Shown here: piece after piece, positions 32,377 to 41,071 of the stretch
Layout of the letters: each line of letters opens with the position of its first letter
Numbering within the stretch: position 1 is the first letter of the stretch
From: Actinomycetota bacterium
GTDB lineage: Bacteria; Actinomycetota; Aquicultoria; UBA3085; Oleimmundimicrobiaceae
DNA length: 64,000 bases
NCBI GenBank assembly: GCA_030017835.1
Contig: JASEGU010000001.1
Coordinates: forward strand, 24,341-88,340
Direction: 5' to 3'
Notes under the pieces: generated by a model
Told to the model about the DNA's origin: nothing
Database searches by the model: none
What the model saw: only the letters and a program-made list of their open reading frames with translations
Position numbers and translations under genes: made by a program

Positions 32377-34989
32377 ATGGACGCAATAGTAAGCCACACC
32401 AATATGGACTTTGACTCCTTAGCGGCCATGGTAGCGGCTCAAAAAATATATCCCGATGCGAAAATACTGCTCCCCAAGACCTCTTCAGCCAACGTAAGGC
32501 GCTTCTTAACCCTCCACAGCGACATGATCGATCATATCGAGCTCGAAGAGATCGAAGGCGAAACGGTGGGAAGGATAATCCTGGTTGACACCAGGGCTAT
32601 GGATAGGATCGGTGAAGCGGCAAGGCTGTTCAAAGAGGGCAAGAGCGATCTTATTATCTATGACCATCATCCAAAATCCGACGATGATGTAGATTTCGGG
32701 GATGACCGCTCCAAAGAGGCCGGATCGACGACCACCATTCTGGTGTCGCTCATCAAGGATATGGGGATTCCGATAACCCCCTTTGAGGCCACCCTCTTTG
32801 CCCTCGGCATTCACGAGGATACCGGCTCTCTCACCCATCCTACCTCGACGCCTAAAGATGCCATGGCTATCGCCCACTTAATGGAAGAGGGGGCCGACCC
32901 CGGCGTCATAAACCACTTTTTGAAGTCCGCCTTGACTGACGAGCAGCACGACTTGCTCACAAAGCTCCTTGGGCTGGCAAAAAAACAGACCTTTTTGGGA
33001 CTTGGACTCATCATCATAAAAGTGACCATCGATGAGTATATCGAGGATGCCTCGGTCGTCGTCAGAAAGATTGCCGAGCTTGAGGATGCCGATCTCATCT
33101 TCCTCATGATGGGCGTGGGCGAAAAGAACTACGTGATCGCAAGGAGCAGGCTTGATGAGATCGATGTCGGGCGTGTGATGCAGAGGCTTGGGGGCGGGGG
33201 CCATGCGAACGTGGGCTCGGCGGTGGTCAAGGATATGGGCGCAAAGGAGATAGAAGAGATTATCTTGAGCGAAGTCTCATCTCAGGCAAAGGGCGCTCTC
33301 ACCGCAGGCGATATAATGTCAAAACCTGTCGTTACCATCGGACTCGAGCGGTCCATAAAAGAGGCGGGAGCCCTCATGGCCCGCTACGGTTTTGACGGAC
33401 TCCCCGTCGTAGATGGCGAATCCTACGCCGGGATGATCCTTAGAAGGGACGTAGATAAGGCCGTTCACCACGGGCTCTCTCACGCTCCGGTCAAGGGGTT
33501 TCTCTCCTCTTTTAGGGGGAGTGTGGACCCAAAGACCCTGGCGAGCGAGGTTGAAAGGATGATGACCAGATCTACCGGGAAGATCCCCGTCCTTGATAAG
33601 GGGCAAATCGTCGGAATAATCACCCGGAGCAACATAATCTCGTCTTTGAGAAGCGGGAGGTTTTCTGCACTTGAGGGCGATGAGCTTGATGGAAGGATGA
33701 GCAGAGAGAGGATAATCGAATCGATCGCCGGCATCCTCTCCGAAAGCACCATCCTCCTCATAAAAGAGATCGGAAAGATGGCCGACTCAAATGGACACGG
33801 CTGCTATCTCGTCGGCGGCTTCGTCCGCGATCTCTTCTTAAAGAGGGAGAATCTCGATATCGACATCGTGGTCGAAGGTGACGCACTCTCCTTCTCCGAG
33901 GCGGTGGCCAAAAAGCTTGGCGGCCGGGTAAAATTGCACAAAAAATTTAGGACCGCGATATTCATCACCAAAGCGGGTCAGAGGATAGACTTCGCTTCTG
34001 CCCGCTTTGAGCACTACGATTACCCGGCCGCCCTGCCCAGGGTGGAGCCCTCATCGATAATCTACGACCTCTCTCGCAGGGATTTCACCATCAATTCGAT
34101 GGCGATTAAGATAAACGAGAAGGATTTTGGCGAGCTGCTCGATCCGTTTGGGGGGATTCACGATCTAAAGGAGGGGCGGCTCAAGGTGCTCCACGCCTTA
34201 AGTTTCATCGAGGATCCAACCCGAATTTTTAGGGCCGCCCGTTTTGAACGCAGATTCGATCTTAGAATGGATGAGGCAGCCGAGCTTCTGGCCAAAAAAG
34301 CAGCCGAGCTTGGCGTGATAGAGAGGCTCAGTTCGGCGAGGCTGACCTATGAACTGATCCAGGTCCTGTCCGAACCTGACCCCTACATCCTGATCGCTCG
34401 CCTTTTCGAGCTCAAGGCGCTCAAGGCTATACATCCGAGGATAAAAGTCGGCTCCGGCCCAAGGGGGCTCTTTTCAAGAATTCAAAGATCGCTCGAGATA
34501 CTCAAAACGGCCATGGATCCAAAGGCCAAAAGATGGCTCCCCTATATGATGACCCTCCTCTATGGACTTACCCAGGAAGAGATCGACCACTTTCTCTTAA
34601 AAATGGATTTCTCCAGAGCTGATAAGGAGAGCATATCCAGAGCCATCTTAAGCGGGCAAGATATCATAAAGGAGTTATCTGCAAAGAGCATCAAAGATAG
34701 CGAGATCTATTTGACCCTAGAGAGGTTTGGGATTGAGGCGCTGATATTTCTACATGCCTTGAGCGAAAATCGCCAGGCAAAAGAGAGGATCCTCCGCTTC
34801 CAGATGGAGCTCAAATCGGTAAAGCCGAACCTTTCAGGCAAGGATCTCATCGAGCTAGGATTTGAGGAGTCTCCGTTGTATAATCTGGTCCTTAGACGGC
34901 TTCTTCTGCTTCGTCTCGACTCCAAGTTGCTGGGTAGAAAGAGCGAGATAGAATTCGCAAAGAAATTTTTCGAAAGTGAGGGGGTTTGA
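32377..34989 (+). CDS. Multidomain protein: DHH/DHHA1 phosphoesterase + tandem CBS + CCA-adding/poly(A) polymerase-type nucleotidyltransferase
   Basis: The DHH motif (DHHP) and DHHA1 (GGGGHANVGS) are followed by two CBS domains. The PolyA_pol head (GCYLVGGFVRDLFL...DIDIVVEGDA) and an RNA-binding tail are C-terminal. It is 870 aa. Confidence 0.8.
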   Translation: MDAIVSHTNMDFDSLAAMVAAQKIYPDAKILLPKTSSANVRRFLTLHSDMIDHIELEEIEGETVGRIILVDTRAMDRIGEAARLFKEGKSDLIIYDHHPKSDDDVDFGDDRSKEAGSTTTILVSLIKDMGIPITPFEATLFALGIHEDTGSLTHPTSTPKDAMAIAHLMEEGADPGVINHFLKSALTDEQHDLLTKLLGLAKKQTFLGLGLIIIKVTIDEYIEDASVVVRKIAELEDADLIFLMMGVGEKNYVIARSRLDEIDVGRVMQRLGGGGHANVGSAVVKDMGAKEIEEIILSEVSSQAKGALTAGDIMSKPVVTIGLERSIKEAGALMARYGFDGLPVVDGESYAGMILRRDVDKAVHHGLSHAPVKGFLSSFRGSVDPKTLASEVERMMTRSTGKIPVLDKGQIVGIITRSNIISSLRSGRFSALEGDELDGRMSRERIIESIAGILSESTILLIKEIGKMADSNGHGCYLVGGFVRDLFLKRENLDIDIVVEGDALSFSEAVAKKLGGRVKLHKKFRTAIFITKAGQRIDFASARFEHYDYPAALPRVEPSSIIYDLSRRDFTINSMAIKINEKDFGELLDPFGGIHDLKEGRLKVLHALSFIEDPTRIFRAARFERRFDLRMDEAAELLAKKAAELGVIERLSSARLTYELIQVLSEPDPYILIARLFELKALKAIHPRIKVGSGPRGLFSRIQRSLEILKTAMDPKAKRWLPYMMTLLYGLTQEEIDHFLLKMDFSRADKESISRAILSGQDIIKELSAKSIKDSEIYLTLERFGIEALIFLHALSENRQAKERILRFQMELKSVKPNLSGKDLIELGFEESPLYNLVLRRLLLLRLDSKLLGRKSEIEFAKKFFESEGV

Positions 34990-35621
34990 GCTTGCAGTTT
35001 GTCTTGAACATCTTGATATATATGCTGGTCATTATCCCATCACTCACTCTTCACGAGTATATGCATGGGCGGGTGGCCTATGCCCTGGGAGATGATACCG
35101 CTCGCAATTTGGGTCGTTTGACCTTAAATCCCATCTCGCATATCGATCCCTTGGGAACGATAGCGGTCCCCCTCATGCTGAGTTTGGCCGGCGCCCCCGT
35201 GATAGGTTGGGCAAAGCCGGTTCCGGTCAATCCCTACCGATTTGAAGATCCAAGGCGGGCCATGATGCTAACCGGGGCCGCCGGCCCACTGACCAACCTG
35301 ATCATCGCCTTTTTTGCCGGGCTTCTCATCAGAAGCGGCCTATTTGCCCTTGGCAGCGTCGCCTTCGATTACTTTTTCATCCTCTGCTACATCAATATCG
35401 TGCTTGCCATGTTTAACTCGGTCCCGGTTCCACCCCTGGACGGCTCCAGGGTAATATCGGGCCTTTTGCCAAGGGAGATGGCCGCAAAATATAATCATCT
35501 TCAAGATTACGGGATGGCCATAATATTCCTCCTGATATTCGTCTTTGGGGCGCTTTTCTGGGAGGTACTTAGCGTCTTCATAAATTTCTTTCTACGCCTT
35601 TTTACCTGGGGCTTATTCTGA
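34986..35621 (+). CDS. Site-2 protease family (M50) zinc metalloprotease, membrane embedded
   Basis: It has the HEYMH zinc motif inside a TM helix and a LNPISHIDPLG segment. It is polytopic. TTG start. Confidence 0.75.
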   Translation: MSLQFVLNILIYMLVIIPSLTLHEYMHGRVAYALGDDTARNLGRLTLNPISHIDPLGTIAVPLMLSLAGAPVIGWAKPVPVNPYRFEDPRRAMMLTGAAGPLTNLIIAFFAGLLIRSGLFALGSVAFDYFFILCYINIVLAMFNSVPVPPLDGSRVISGLLPREMAAKYNHLQDYGMAIIFLLIFVFGALFWEVLSVFINFFLRLFTWGLF

Positions 35622-35643
35622 TGAGTCATAAGGAGAGATCAAT

Positions 35644-36621
35644 TTGAGAAAGAGGGTCTTGAGCGGGAACCGTCCGACCGGCAAGCTTCACATCGGCCAT
35701 TATCACGGGGCACTTAAGAGCTGGATAAAGTTGCAGGACGAATATGACTGCTTCTTCTTCGTTGCCGATTGGCATGCGCTTACCACCAAGTATGATGAGA
35801 CGGAAAATTTAAATGAAGATACCATCGACATGGTGATCGACTGGCTCGCCATGGGTTTAGATCCCAAGAAATGTACCATCTATCGGCAGTCCGATCTGCC
35901 TCAAGTAGCCGAGCTTGCCCTCTATCTTTCGATGATAACCCCCATCTCCTGGCTGGAGAGGTGTCCGACTTACAAGGAGATGATTCAGGAGATATCGAAG
36001 AAGGATATCGCAACCCATGGCTTTCTGGGCTACCCCGTTCTTCAGACCGCAGACATCGTGATCTGTCACGGCGAGATAGTTCCGGTTGGCGAGGATCAGC
36101 TGCCACACTTAGAACTCGCAAGGGAGATAGTCAGGCGCTATAACCATATTTATGGGGAGTGCTTCACCGAGCCGAAGGCACTTCTGACCGAGGCTAAACG
36201 GGTCCTTGGTACCGATGGTCGCAAGATGAGCAAGAGTTACGGAAACGATATCAAGCTCAGCGACCCTCCAGATCTCATTAAATCAAAGATTATGGAGATG
36301 ATAACCGATCCGGCCAGGATCAGGCGGGACGACCCGGGCCATCCCGAAGTCTGTCTCGTTTTTAACCTCCACAGGGTCTATAGCCCGGATATCTCGGATA
36401 TCGAAGAGAAATGTATAGCCGGCAAGAGGGGTTGCGTTGAGTGTAAATCCATGCTGGCCGAGCGGGTCGCGGACTCGCTCGGCCCGTTTAGGGAGAGGAG
36501 AGGCGAGATAGAGAAGGATCCCTCTCTGATCCTGAGCGTCTTAAAGGATGGGGCCGAGAAGGCCGCCCCCATCGCTAAAAAGATCCTAAGCGAGGTTAGA
36601 AGGGGCATAAATATAGAATGA
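35644..36621 (+). CDS. trpS: Tryptophan--tRNA ligase
   Basis: It has the HIGH motif (TGKLHIGHY) and the KMSKS motif, and is 325 aa. TTG start with an AAGGAGAG SD. Confidence 0.9.
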   Translation: MRKRVLSGNRPTGKLHIGHYHGALKSWIKLQDEYDCFFFVADWHALTTKYDETENLNEDTIDMVIDWLAMGLDPKKCTIYRQSDLPQVAELALYLSMITPISWLERCPTYKEMIQEISKKDIATHGFLGYPVLQTADIVICHGEIVPVGEDQLPHLELAREIVRRYNHIYGECFTEPKALLTEAKRVLGTDGRKMSKSYGNDIKLSDPPDLIKSKIMEMITDPARIRRDDPGHPEVCLVFNLHRVYSPDISDIEEKCIAGKRGCVECKSMLAERVADSLGPFRERRGEIEKDPSLILSVLKDGAEKAAPIAKKILSEVRRGINIE

Positions 36622-36662
36622 GGCCTCCTTTCATCATCTGGCTACCTGGAGAATGAAATAGT

Positions 36663-37436
36663 ATGACTTATGAGATTAAGATAGATGTCTTCGAGGGTCC
36701 CTTCGATCTTTTGTTGAATCTAATTCTCAAGCATGAAGTAGACATCTACGACGTTCCGATAGCCACCATAACCGAGGAGTATCTCTCCTACATCGAAAGG
36801 CTCCAAGCGGTCGATCTGGAGTCGGCTAGCGGATTTCTTCTGGTCGCTTCGACCCTCCTTGAGCTGAAATCGGCAACCCTTCTGCCCAAGCGGATCGAAG
36901 AGGAGTCAGGCGATGATGATGAGCTCTCGCCCGAAGATGTCAAAGAGAACCTGATAGCCAGGCTCATCAAGTATAAGAAGTTCAAAAACGCCTCCTTGAG
37001 TCTTGCGGCCCGCTATGAACTCGAGAGCAGGTACTACAAGAGGGAAGCGGGCTTAGAGGAGAGATTTTTGCGTCTCATACCAGATCTTATGGAGGGGGTG
37101 ACCGCCGAGGATCTGGCCGGTGCCATCGCCAAAATCCTGGCCAAAAAGAACGCTTTTGCCATAGACACCACGCATATAATCGCACAACCCATCAGTTTGG
37201 ATGAGATCACTCAGGCCATCAGAAAAAAGTTCGCCCTTAAAAGGGAATGGACTTTTCACGAGCTGACGAGCGGCTGCGAAAGCCGGCCAGAGATAGTCGC
37301 CTATTTTCTGGCCATCTTAGATCTCTTCAAGGAGGATATCATCGAGGTGACTCAGGCGATAAATTTCGGCGAGATAGGCTTGATCCTTCGGTCCGATAAA
37401 AGCCCAGAAAGCATAGAGGCTGCATATGGTCGATAA
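36663..37436 (+). CDS. scpA: Segregation and condensation protein A
   Basis: It has the ScpA N-terminus (F.GP.DLLL.LI.K.E.DI.D.PIA.IT.QYL.YI) and is 257 aa. Confidence 0.85.
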   Translation: MTYEIKIDVFEGPFDLLLNLILKHEVDIYDVPIATITEEYLSYIERLQAVDLESASGFLLVASTLLELKSATLLPKRIEEESGDDDELSPEDVKENLIARLIKYKKFKNASLSLAARYELESRYYKREAGLEERFLRLIPDLMEGVTAEDLAGAIAKILAKKNAFAIDTTHIIAQPISLDEITQAIRKKFALKREWTFHELTSGCESRPEIVAYFLAILDLFKEDIIEVTQAINFGEIGLILRSDKSPESIEAAYGR

Positions 37437-37995
37437 TCTACAGGGAATAATCGAGGCTCTCCTATTCGTTGCCGAAGAGCCGCTCTCCTTAAAGAAGCTC
37501 GTCAAGGTGACCGGATTCTCTGCGGCTCAAATAGAGAAGGTCATCGAAGAGATTCAAGCTTCTCTTAGTGACCAAGAGAGCGGAATACAACTCAGGAGAC
37601 TTGCCGGCGGCTATCGGCTCTACACCCATCCCGGTTATGCCGAATACGTCGAAAACCTGGTCCTTTCGGCCGACTATCGCAAACTCAGCCAAGCTTCACT
37701 TGAGACCCTTGCTATAATCGCCTACCGTCAGCCCATTACCAGACTCAACATAAACGCCATTCGGGGGGTCAACTCCTCGGGAGCCATCGCCTCCCTCATC
37801 GAGAGGAGCCTGGTCATCGAGGTCGGTCGCGAGCGCGGCCCCGGCCAGCCAATCCTGTATGGCACAACCAAGCTATTCTTGGAAAACTTCGGCTTAAACT
37901 CCCTTCAAGATCTTCCACCCATAATCGATTTTGTTCCGGATGAGGCCGTCGTCGATCAGCTTCAACTGAAACTTAACGACCGAAAGTCTGGATGA
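37426..37995 (+). CDS. scpB: Segregation and condensation protein B
   Basis: It has the ScpB N-terminus (IEALLFVA.EPLS...L). It overlaps the scpA end. Confidence 0.85.
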   Translation: MVDNLQGIIEALLFVAEEPLSLKKLVKVTGFSAAQIEKVIEEIQASLSDQESGIQLRRLAGGYRLYTHPGYAEYVENLVLSADYRKLSQASLETLAIIAYRQPITRLNINAIRGVNSSGAIASLIERSLVIEVGRERGPGQPILYGTTKLFLENFGLNSLQDLPPIIDFVPDEAVVDQLQLKLNDRKSG

Positions 37996-38013
37996 GAAGG
38001 AGAATTAATCAAT

Positions 38014-38751
38014 TTGACCAAGAAGGTTGAACAGGCAAGGCTCCAGAAGGTTCTGGCTGAAGCGGGCCTTGGCTCCAGGAGAAAGTGCGAGGAGTTGATA
38101 GCCTCCGGACGGGTCAAGGTGAATGGGGCGGTCGTGAGTGAGCTTGGCTCAAGGGTCGATCCCTTAAAAGATGAGGTCGAGGTGGATGGGGTACGGATAG
38201 GGAGCCCCCCGAAGGTCTATTTCGCCATGAACAAACCGAGGGGCTATCTCACCACCATGAGCGATCCCTTTGGGCGGCCGACCGTAAAGGACCTCTTAAG
38301 CGGCGACTTCCGCCTGTTTCCGGTCGGCCGCCTCGATCAAGATAGCGAGGGTCTTCTCATATTGACCAACGATGGCGAGCTGGCCAATCGGCTTATGCAT
38401 CCGAGTTTCAAAGTGCTAAAGATCTATGAAGTCGAGGTCCTCGGCTTCCCAAGTGAAACCGACTTAAATTCCTTAAGGGAGGGCATCGAATTAGATGGGC
38501 GCCTTACCGCTTTGGCCACGGTGGAAGAACTCGCCGTTACAGAAGAGGGGGCACTTTATCGCGTAGGACTGCGCGAGGGGAGAAAGCGCCAACTAAGAAG
38601 GATGTTCGACTCCATCGGTCACGGCGTCATCTCGCTTAAGCGGACGGACTACGGGCCGCTATCGCTTCGGGCAATAAAGCCGAAGGGGGTGCGGCCCTTA
38701 AGCGAGCTCGAGGTGGACGCCCTAAAGAGGGCCGTAAAACTATCGGAATGA
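38014..38751 (+). CDS. rluB: Pseudouridine synthase, RluB/RsuA family (S4 domain)
   Basis: It has an S4 domain (RLQKVLA.AG.GSRR.CE.LI..GRV.VNG) and the RsuA catalytic motif (GRLD.DSEGLL.LTNDG). It follows scpAB, in the conserved order. Confidence 0.85.
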   Translation: MTKKVEQARLQKVLAEAGLGSRRKCEELIASGRVKVNGAVVSELGSRVDPLKDEVEVDGVRIGSPPKVYFAMNKPRGYLTTMSDPFGRPTVKDLLSGDFRLFPVGRLDQDSEGLLILTNDGELANRLMHPSFKVLKIYEVEVLGFPSETDLNSLREGIELDGRLTALATVEELAVTEEGALYRVGLREGRKRQLRRMFDSIGHGVISLKRTDYGPLSLRAIKPKGVRPLSELEVDALKRAVKLSE

Positions 38752-38766
38752 GCCGGTTACATTAAT

Positions 38767-38795
38767 TTGACTTTAAATCGCCCTTTAAGTATAAT
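38767..38795 (+). promoter_or_regulatory. Sigma-70-type promoter (TTGACT-17-TATAAT) driving the riboswitch-btu-cob operon
   Basis: Both hexamers are near-consensus with a 17-nt spacer. They lie immediately upstream of the riboswitch aptamer. Confidence 0.6.
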
Positions 38796-38802
38796 TCTTA
38801 AA

Positions 38803-38966
38803 AATTCATAGCGATTAGGCTATAAGGGAAGGCCGTGAAATTCGGCCACGGGCCCGCCACTGTAACCGCCAAGTTAGCTGCAAGCCGATGGCTTCGGTTA
38901 TATCCACTGTCAATTTTGATGGGAAGGAGCAGCAAGCGTCGAAGCGGAAGTCAGGATACCTGCCTA
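38803..38966 (+). promoter_or_regulatory. Cobalamin (AdoCbl) riboswitch aptamer
   Basis: An AAGGGAAGGCCGUGAAAUUCGGCCACGGGCCCGCCACUGUAA segment contains the B12-box GCCACUG. The 3' conserved element AGUCAGGAUACCUGCC is present. It lies upstream of a corrinoid transport/salvage operon. Confidence 0.8.
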
Positions 38967-39010
38967 ATGTTGACGCACCTTCGTGGAACAAGGCCGATCT
39001 TATCGATCTT

Positions 39011-39036
39011 CCCCAACGAAGTTTGGGGATTTTTTG
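39011..39036 (+). terminator. Intrinsic terminator of riboswitch expression platform (CCCCAAC-GAAG-UUUGGGG + U6)
   Basis: A 7-bp GC-rich stem with a 4-nt loop is followed by AUUUUUUG. It lies between the aptamer and the btuF start. Confidence 0.7.
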
Positions 39037-39070
39037 TTTCTAACCACTGACAAGGAGAGTTGAAATTATT

Positions 39071-39994
39071 ATGCGGAATTCAAAACTTATTTTTACGATG
39101 CTTTCCCTGATTATGGCGGCTAATCTATTGGGTTGCGCCGCTCTCAAAAAAGAGCCTTCTAAAGAGGGGGCCAGCCCGGCGGTCTCGATGACCGATGATC
39201 TCTCCAGGCAGGTCTCATTGAGCGGCGAGGTTAAGAGGATAATCTCGCTTGCTCCCAGCAACACCGAGATTCTTTTCTCTCTAGGCCTGGGCGATAAGGT
39301 GATTGCGGTGACGGACTTCTGCGACTACCCCAAAGAGGCTCTTGGCAAGGATAAGATAGGCGGCTTTTCGGAGCCGAACGTCGAAAAGATAATCGAACTT
39401 GAGCCGGATCTCATCCTTGCAACGGGCATGCACGAAAAATATATCGAGCAATTTGATGAGCTTGGGCTGACGACCTTTGTCTTGGATCCAAAGAGAATCA
39501 GCGATATTTTGGCCGCCATCGAGAGGGTTGGAAAGCTTACGGCCAAAGAGGAGCGGGCGAAGGAGTTGGTCTCGGGGATGAGGGAGAAGCTTGCTGAGAT
39601 CGATGAGAAGCTCTCCTCGCTTAAGGATGAGGAGAGGCCGCTCACCTACTACGAAATCTGGAACGATCCAATAATGACGGTCGGCTCAAACAGCCTGATC
39701 GGCGAGGCAGTCACAAAGGCCGGAGCAAAGAGCATCGGAGATGGACTGGCCGGAGAGTATCCAAAGATCAGCCTGGAGGTTTTGGTCGAGAAGGATCCCA
39801 AGATAATCATAGCCCCCAAGGGGAGCATGGGTGATCCCAAATCCATCTCAGAGCGGAAAGGCTGGGAGAATATATCGGCCGTAAAGGAAGGAAGGGTCTT
39901 CGTCGTCGATGAGGATGTGCTGGTCAGGTTCGGCCCCAGGATCGTCGATGGCATCTATGAAATGGCCAAATTGATCCATCCTGACCGCTTTTAA
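39071..39994 (+). CDS. btuF: Corrinoid ABC transporter substrate-binding lipoprotein (BtuF-like)
   Basis: It has a signal peptide with a lipobox (LLGC) and a class III periplasmic-binding fold pattern. It is the first gene after the B12 riboswitch. Confidence 0.7.
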   Translation: MRNSKLIFTMLSLIMAANLLGCAALKKEPSKEGASPAVSMTDDLSRQVSLSGEVKRIISLAPSNTEILFSLGLGDKVIAVTDFCDYPKEALGKDKIGGFSEPNVEKIIELEPDLILATGMHEKYIEQFDELGLTTFVLDPKRISDILAAIERVGKLTAKEERAKELVSGMREKLAEIDEKLSSLKDEERPLTYYEIWNDPIMTVGSNSLIGEAVTKAGAKSIGDGLAGEYPKISLEVLVEKDPKIIIAPKGSMGDPKSISERKGWENISAVKEGRVFVVDEDVLVRFGPRIVDGIYEMAKLIHPDRF

Positions 39995-40030
39995 GGCCGC
40001 TTTGGATATCCACATGGTGGGAATAAAATT

Positions 40031-41071
40031 GTGAAACAAAAGAGAGGGGGGCGAAGCGCTCTTCTTGCATTATTGATCTTAATCTTGCTTGCAACCTGCG
40101 CAGTTGCCGCTTCGATTGGAGCCGTAAGGATTCCCCTTGGCGAGCTGATCGGGCTGCTTAAAGGATTGATATCACCCCAAGCGACCCTCAAAACTCCTTA
40201 TGGAACAGATTACGCTACCATCTTTTTTAAGATAAGGCTGGTCAGGATCTCTTTAGCTGTGTTGGTCGGTGCCTCACTCTCGGTTTCGGGCGTCGTCTAT
40301 CAAGGGATATTTAAAAATCCGATGGCCGATCCCTATATAATCGGGGTCTCCTCGGGAGCGGCCCTTGGGGCGACGATAGCGGCCTTGCTCGTAAGGAGCG
40401 GGTCGATATTTGGCTTTTCGATCATGGCCTCCTTTGCCTTCATCTTTGCGACCCTTGCCGTTTTTGTGATCTATAAGATGGCCGAACGGTCAGGCAGGAT
40501 TCCGGTCGAAACGCTCCTTCTGGCCGGAATAGCCCTCGGCGCCCTCTTTCATGCCTTGACCTCTTTTATCATGGTCATCGGAAGCCGCGATCTCCACCTC
40601 ATCATCTACTGGCTGATGGGAGGATTCTCATCAAAGGGATGGGACCATGTCCTTGTACTCTTGCCATTCATCCTTGTTGGCTTGCCCTTCATATACTTTA
40701 ACTCTCGTGAACTCAACCTCCTCCTCCTCGGCGAAGAGAGGGCCGGTCAGCTTGGCATCGAGGTTGAGAGGGTTAAACGTGGTCTCATAATCGCCTCCTC
40801 TCTGCTGACCGCGGCGGCCGTCTCGGTCGGCGGAATAATCGGTTTTGTGGGTCTCATCGTACCCCACAGCGTCAGACTGTTAACCGGACCCGACCATAAG
40901 ATTTTAATTCCGGCCTCAGCCCTTGTCGGCGCCATCTTCTTGGTCCTTTCGGACCTCTTGGCCCGGGTGGTCATAGCTCCGACCGAGATGCCGCTCGGAA
41001 TAATCACCGCCCTCTTCGGGGCGCCATTCTTCGTCTATCTCTTGAGAAAAAGAAGGGGGGTTATCATCTGA
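40031..41071 (+). CDS. btuC: Corrinoid/iron-siderophore ABC transporter permease (FecCD family, BtuC-like)
   Basis: It has about 9-10 TM helices, is FecCD-like and 346 aa. GTG start. Confidence 0.75.
   Translation: MKQKRGGRSALLALLILILLATCAVAASIGAVRIPLGELIGLLKGLISPQATLKTPYGTDYATIFFKIRLVRISLAVLVGASLSVSGVVYQGIFKNPMADPYIIGVSSGAALGATIAALLVRSGSIFGFSIMASFAFIFATLAVFVIYKMAERSGRIPVETLLLAGIALGALFHALTSFIMVIGSRDLHLIIYWLMGGFSSKGWDHVLVLLPFILVGLPFIYFNSRELNLLLLGEERAGQLGIEVERVKRGLIIASSLLTAAAVSVGGIIGFVGLIVPHSVRLLTGPDHKILIPASALVGAIFLVLSDLLARVVIAPTEMPLGIITALFGAPFFVYLLRKRRGVII

Noticed and set aside
38835-39050. 71-aa ORF (MKFGHGPATVTAKLAASRW...) in the rluB-btuF spacer
   Set aside because: It lies entirely within the cobalamin riboswitch aptamer and terminator. 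It has no RBS and reads through a structured RNA. It was treated as noncoding.
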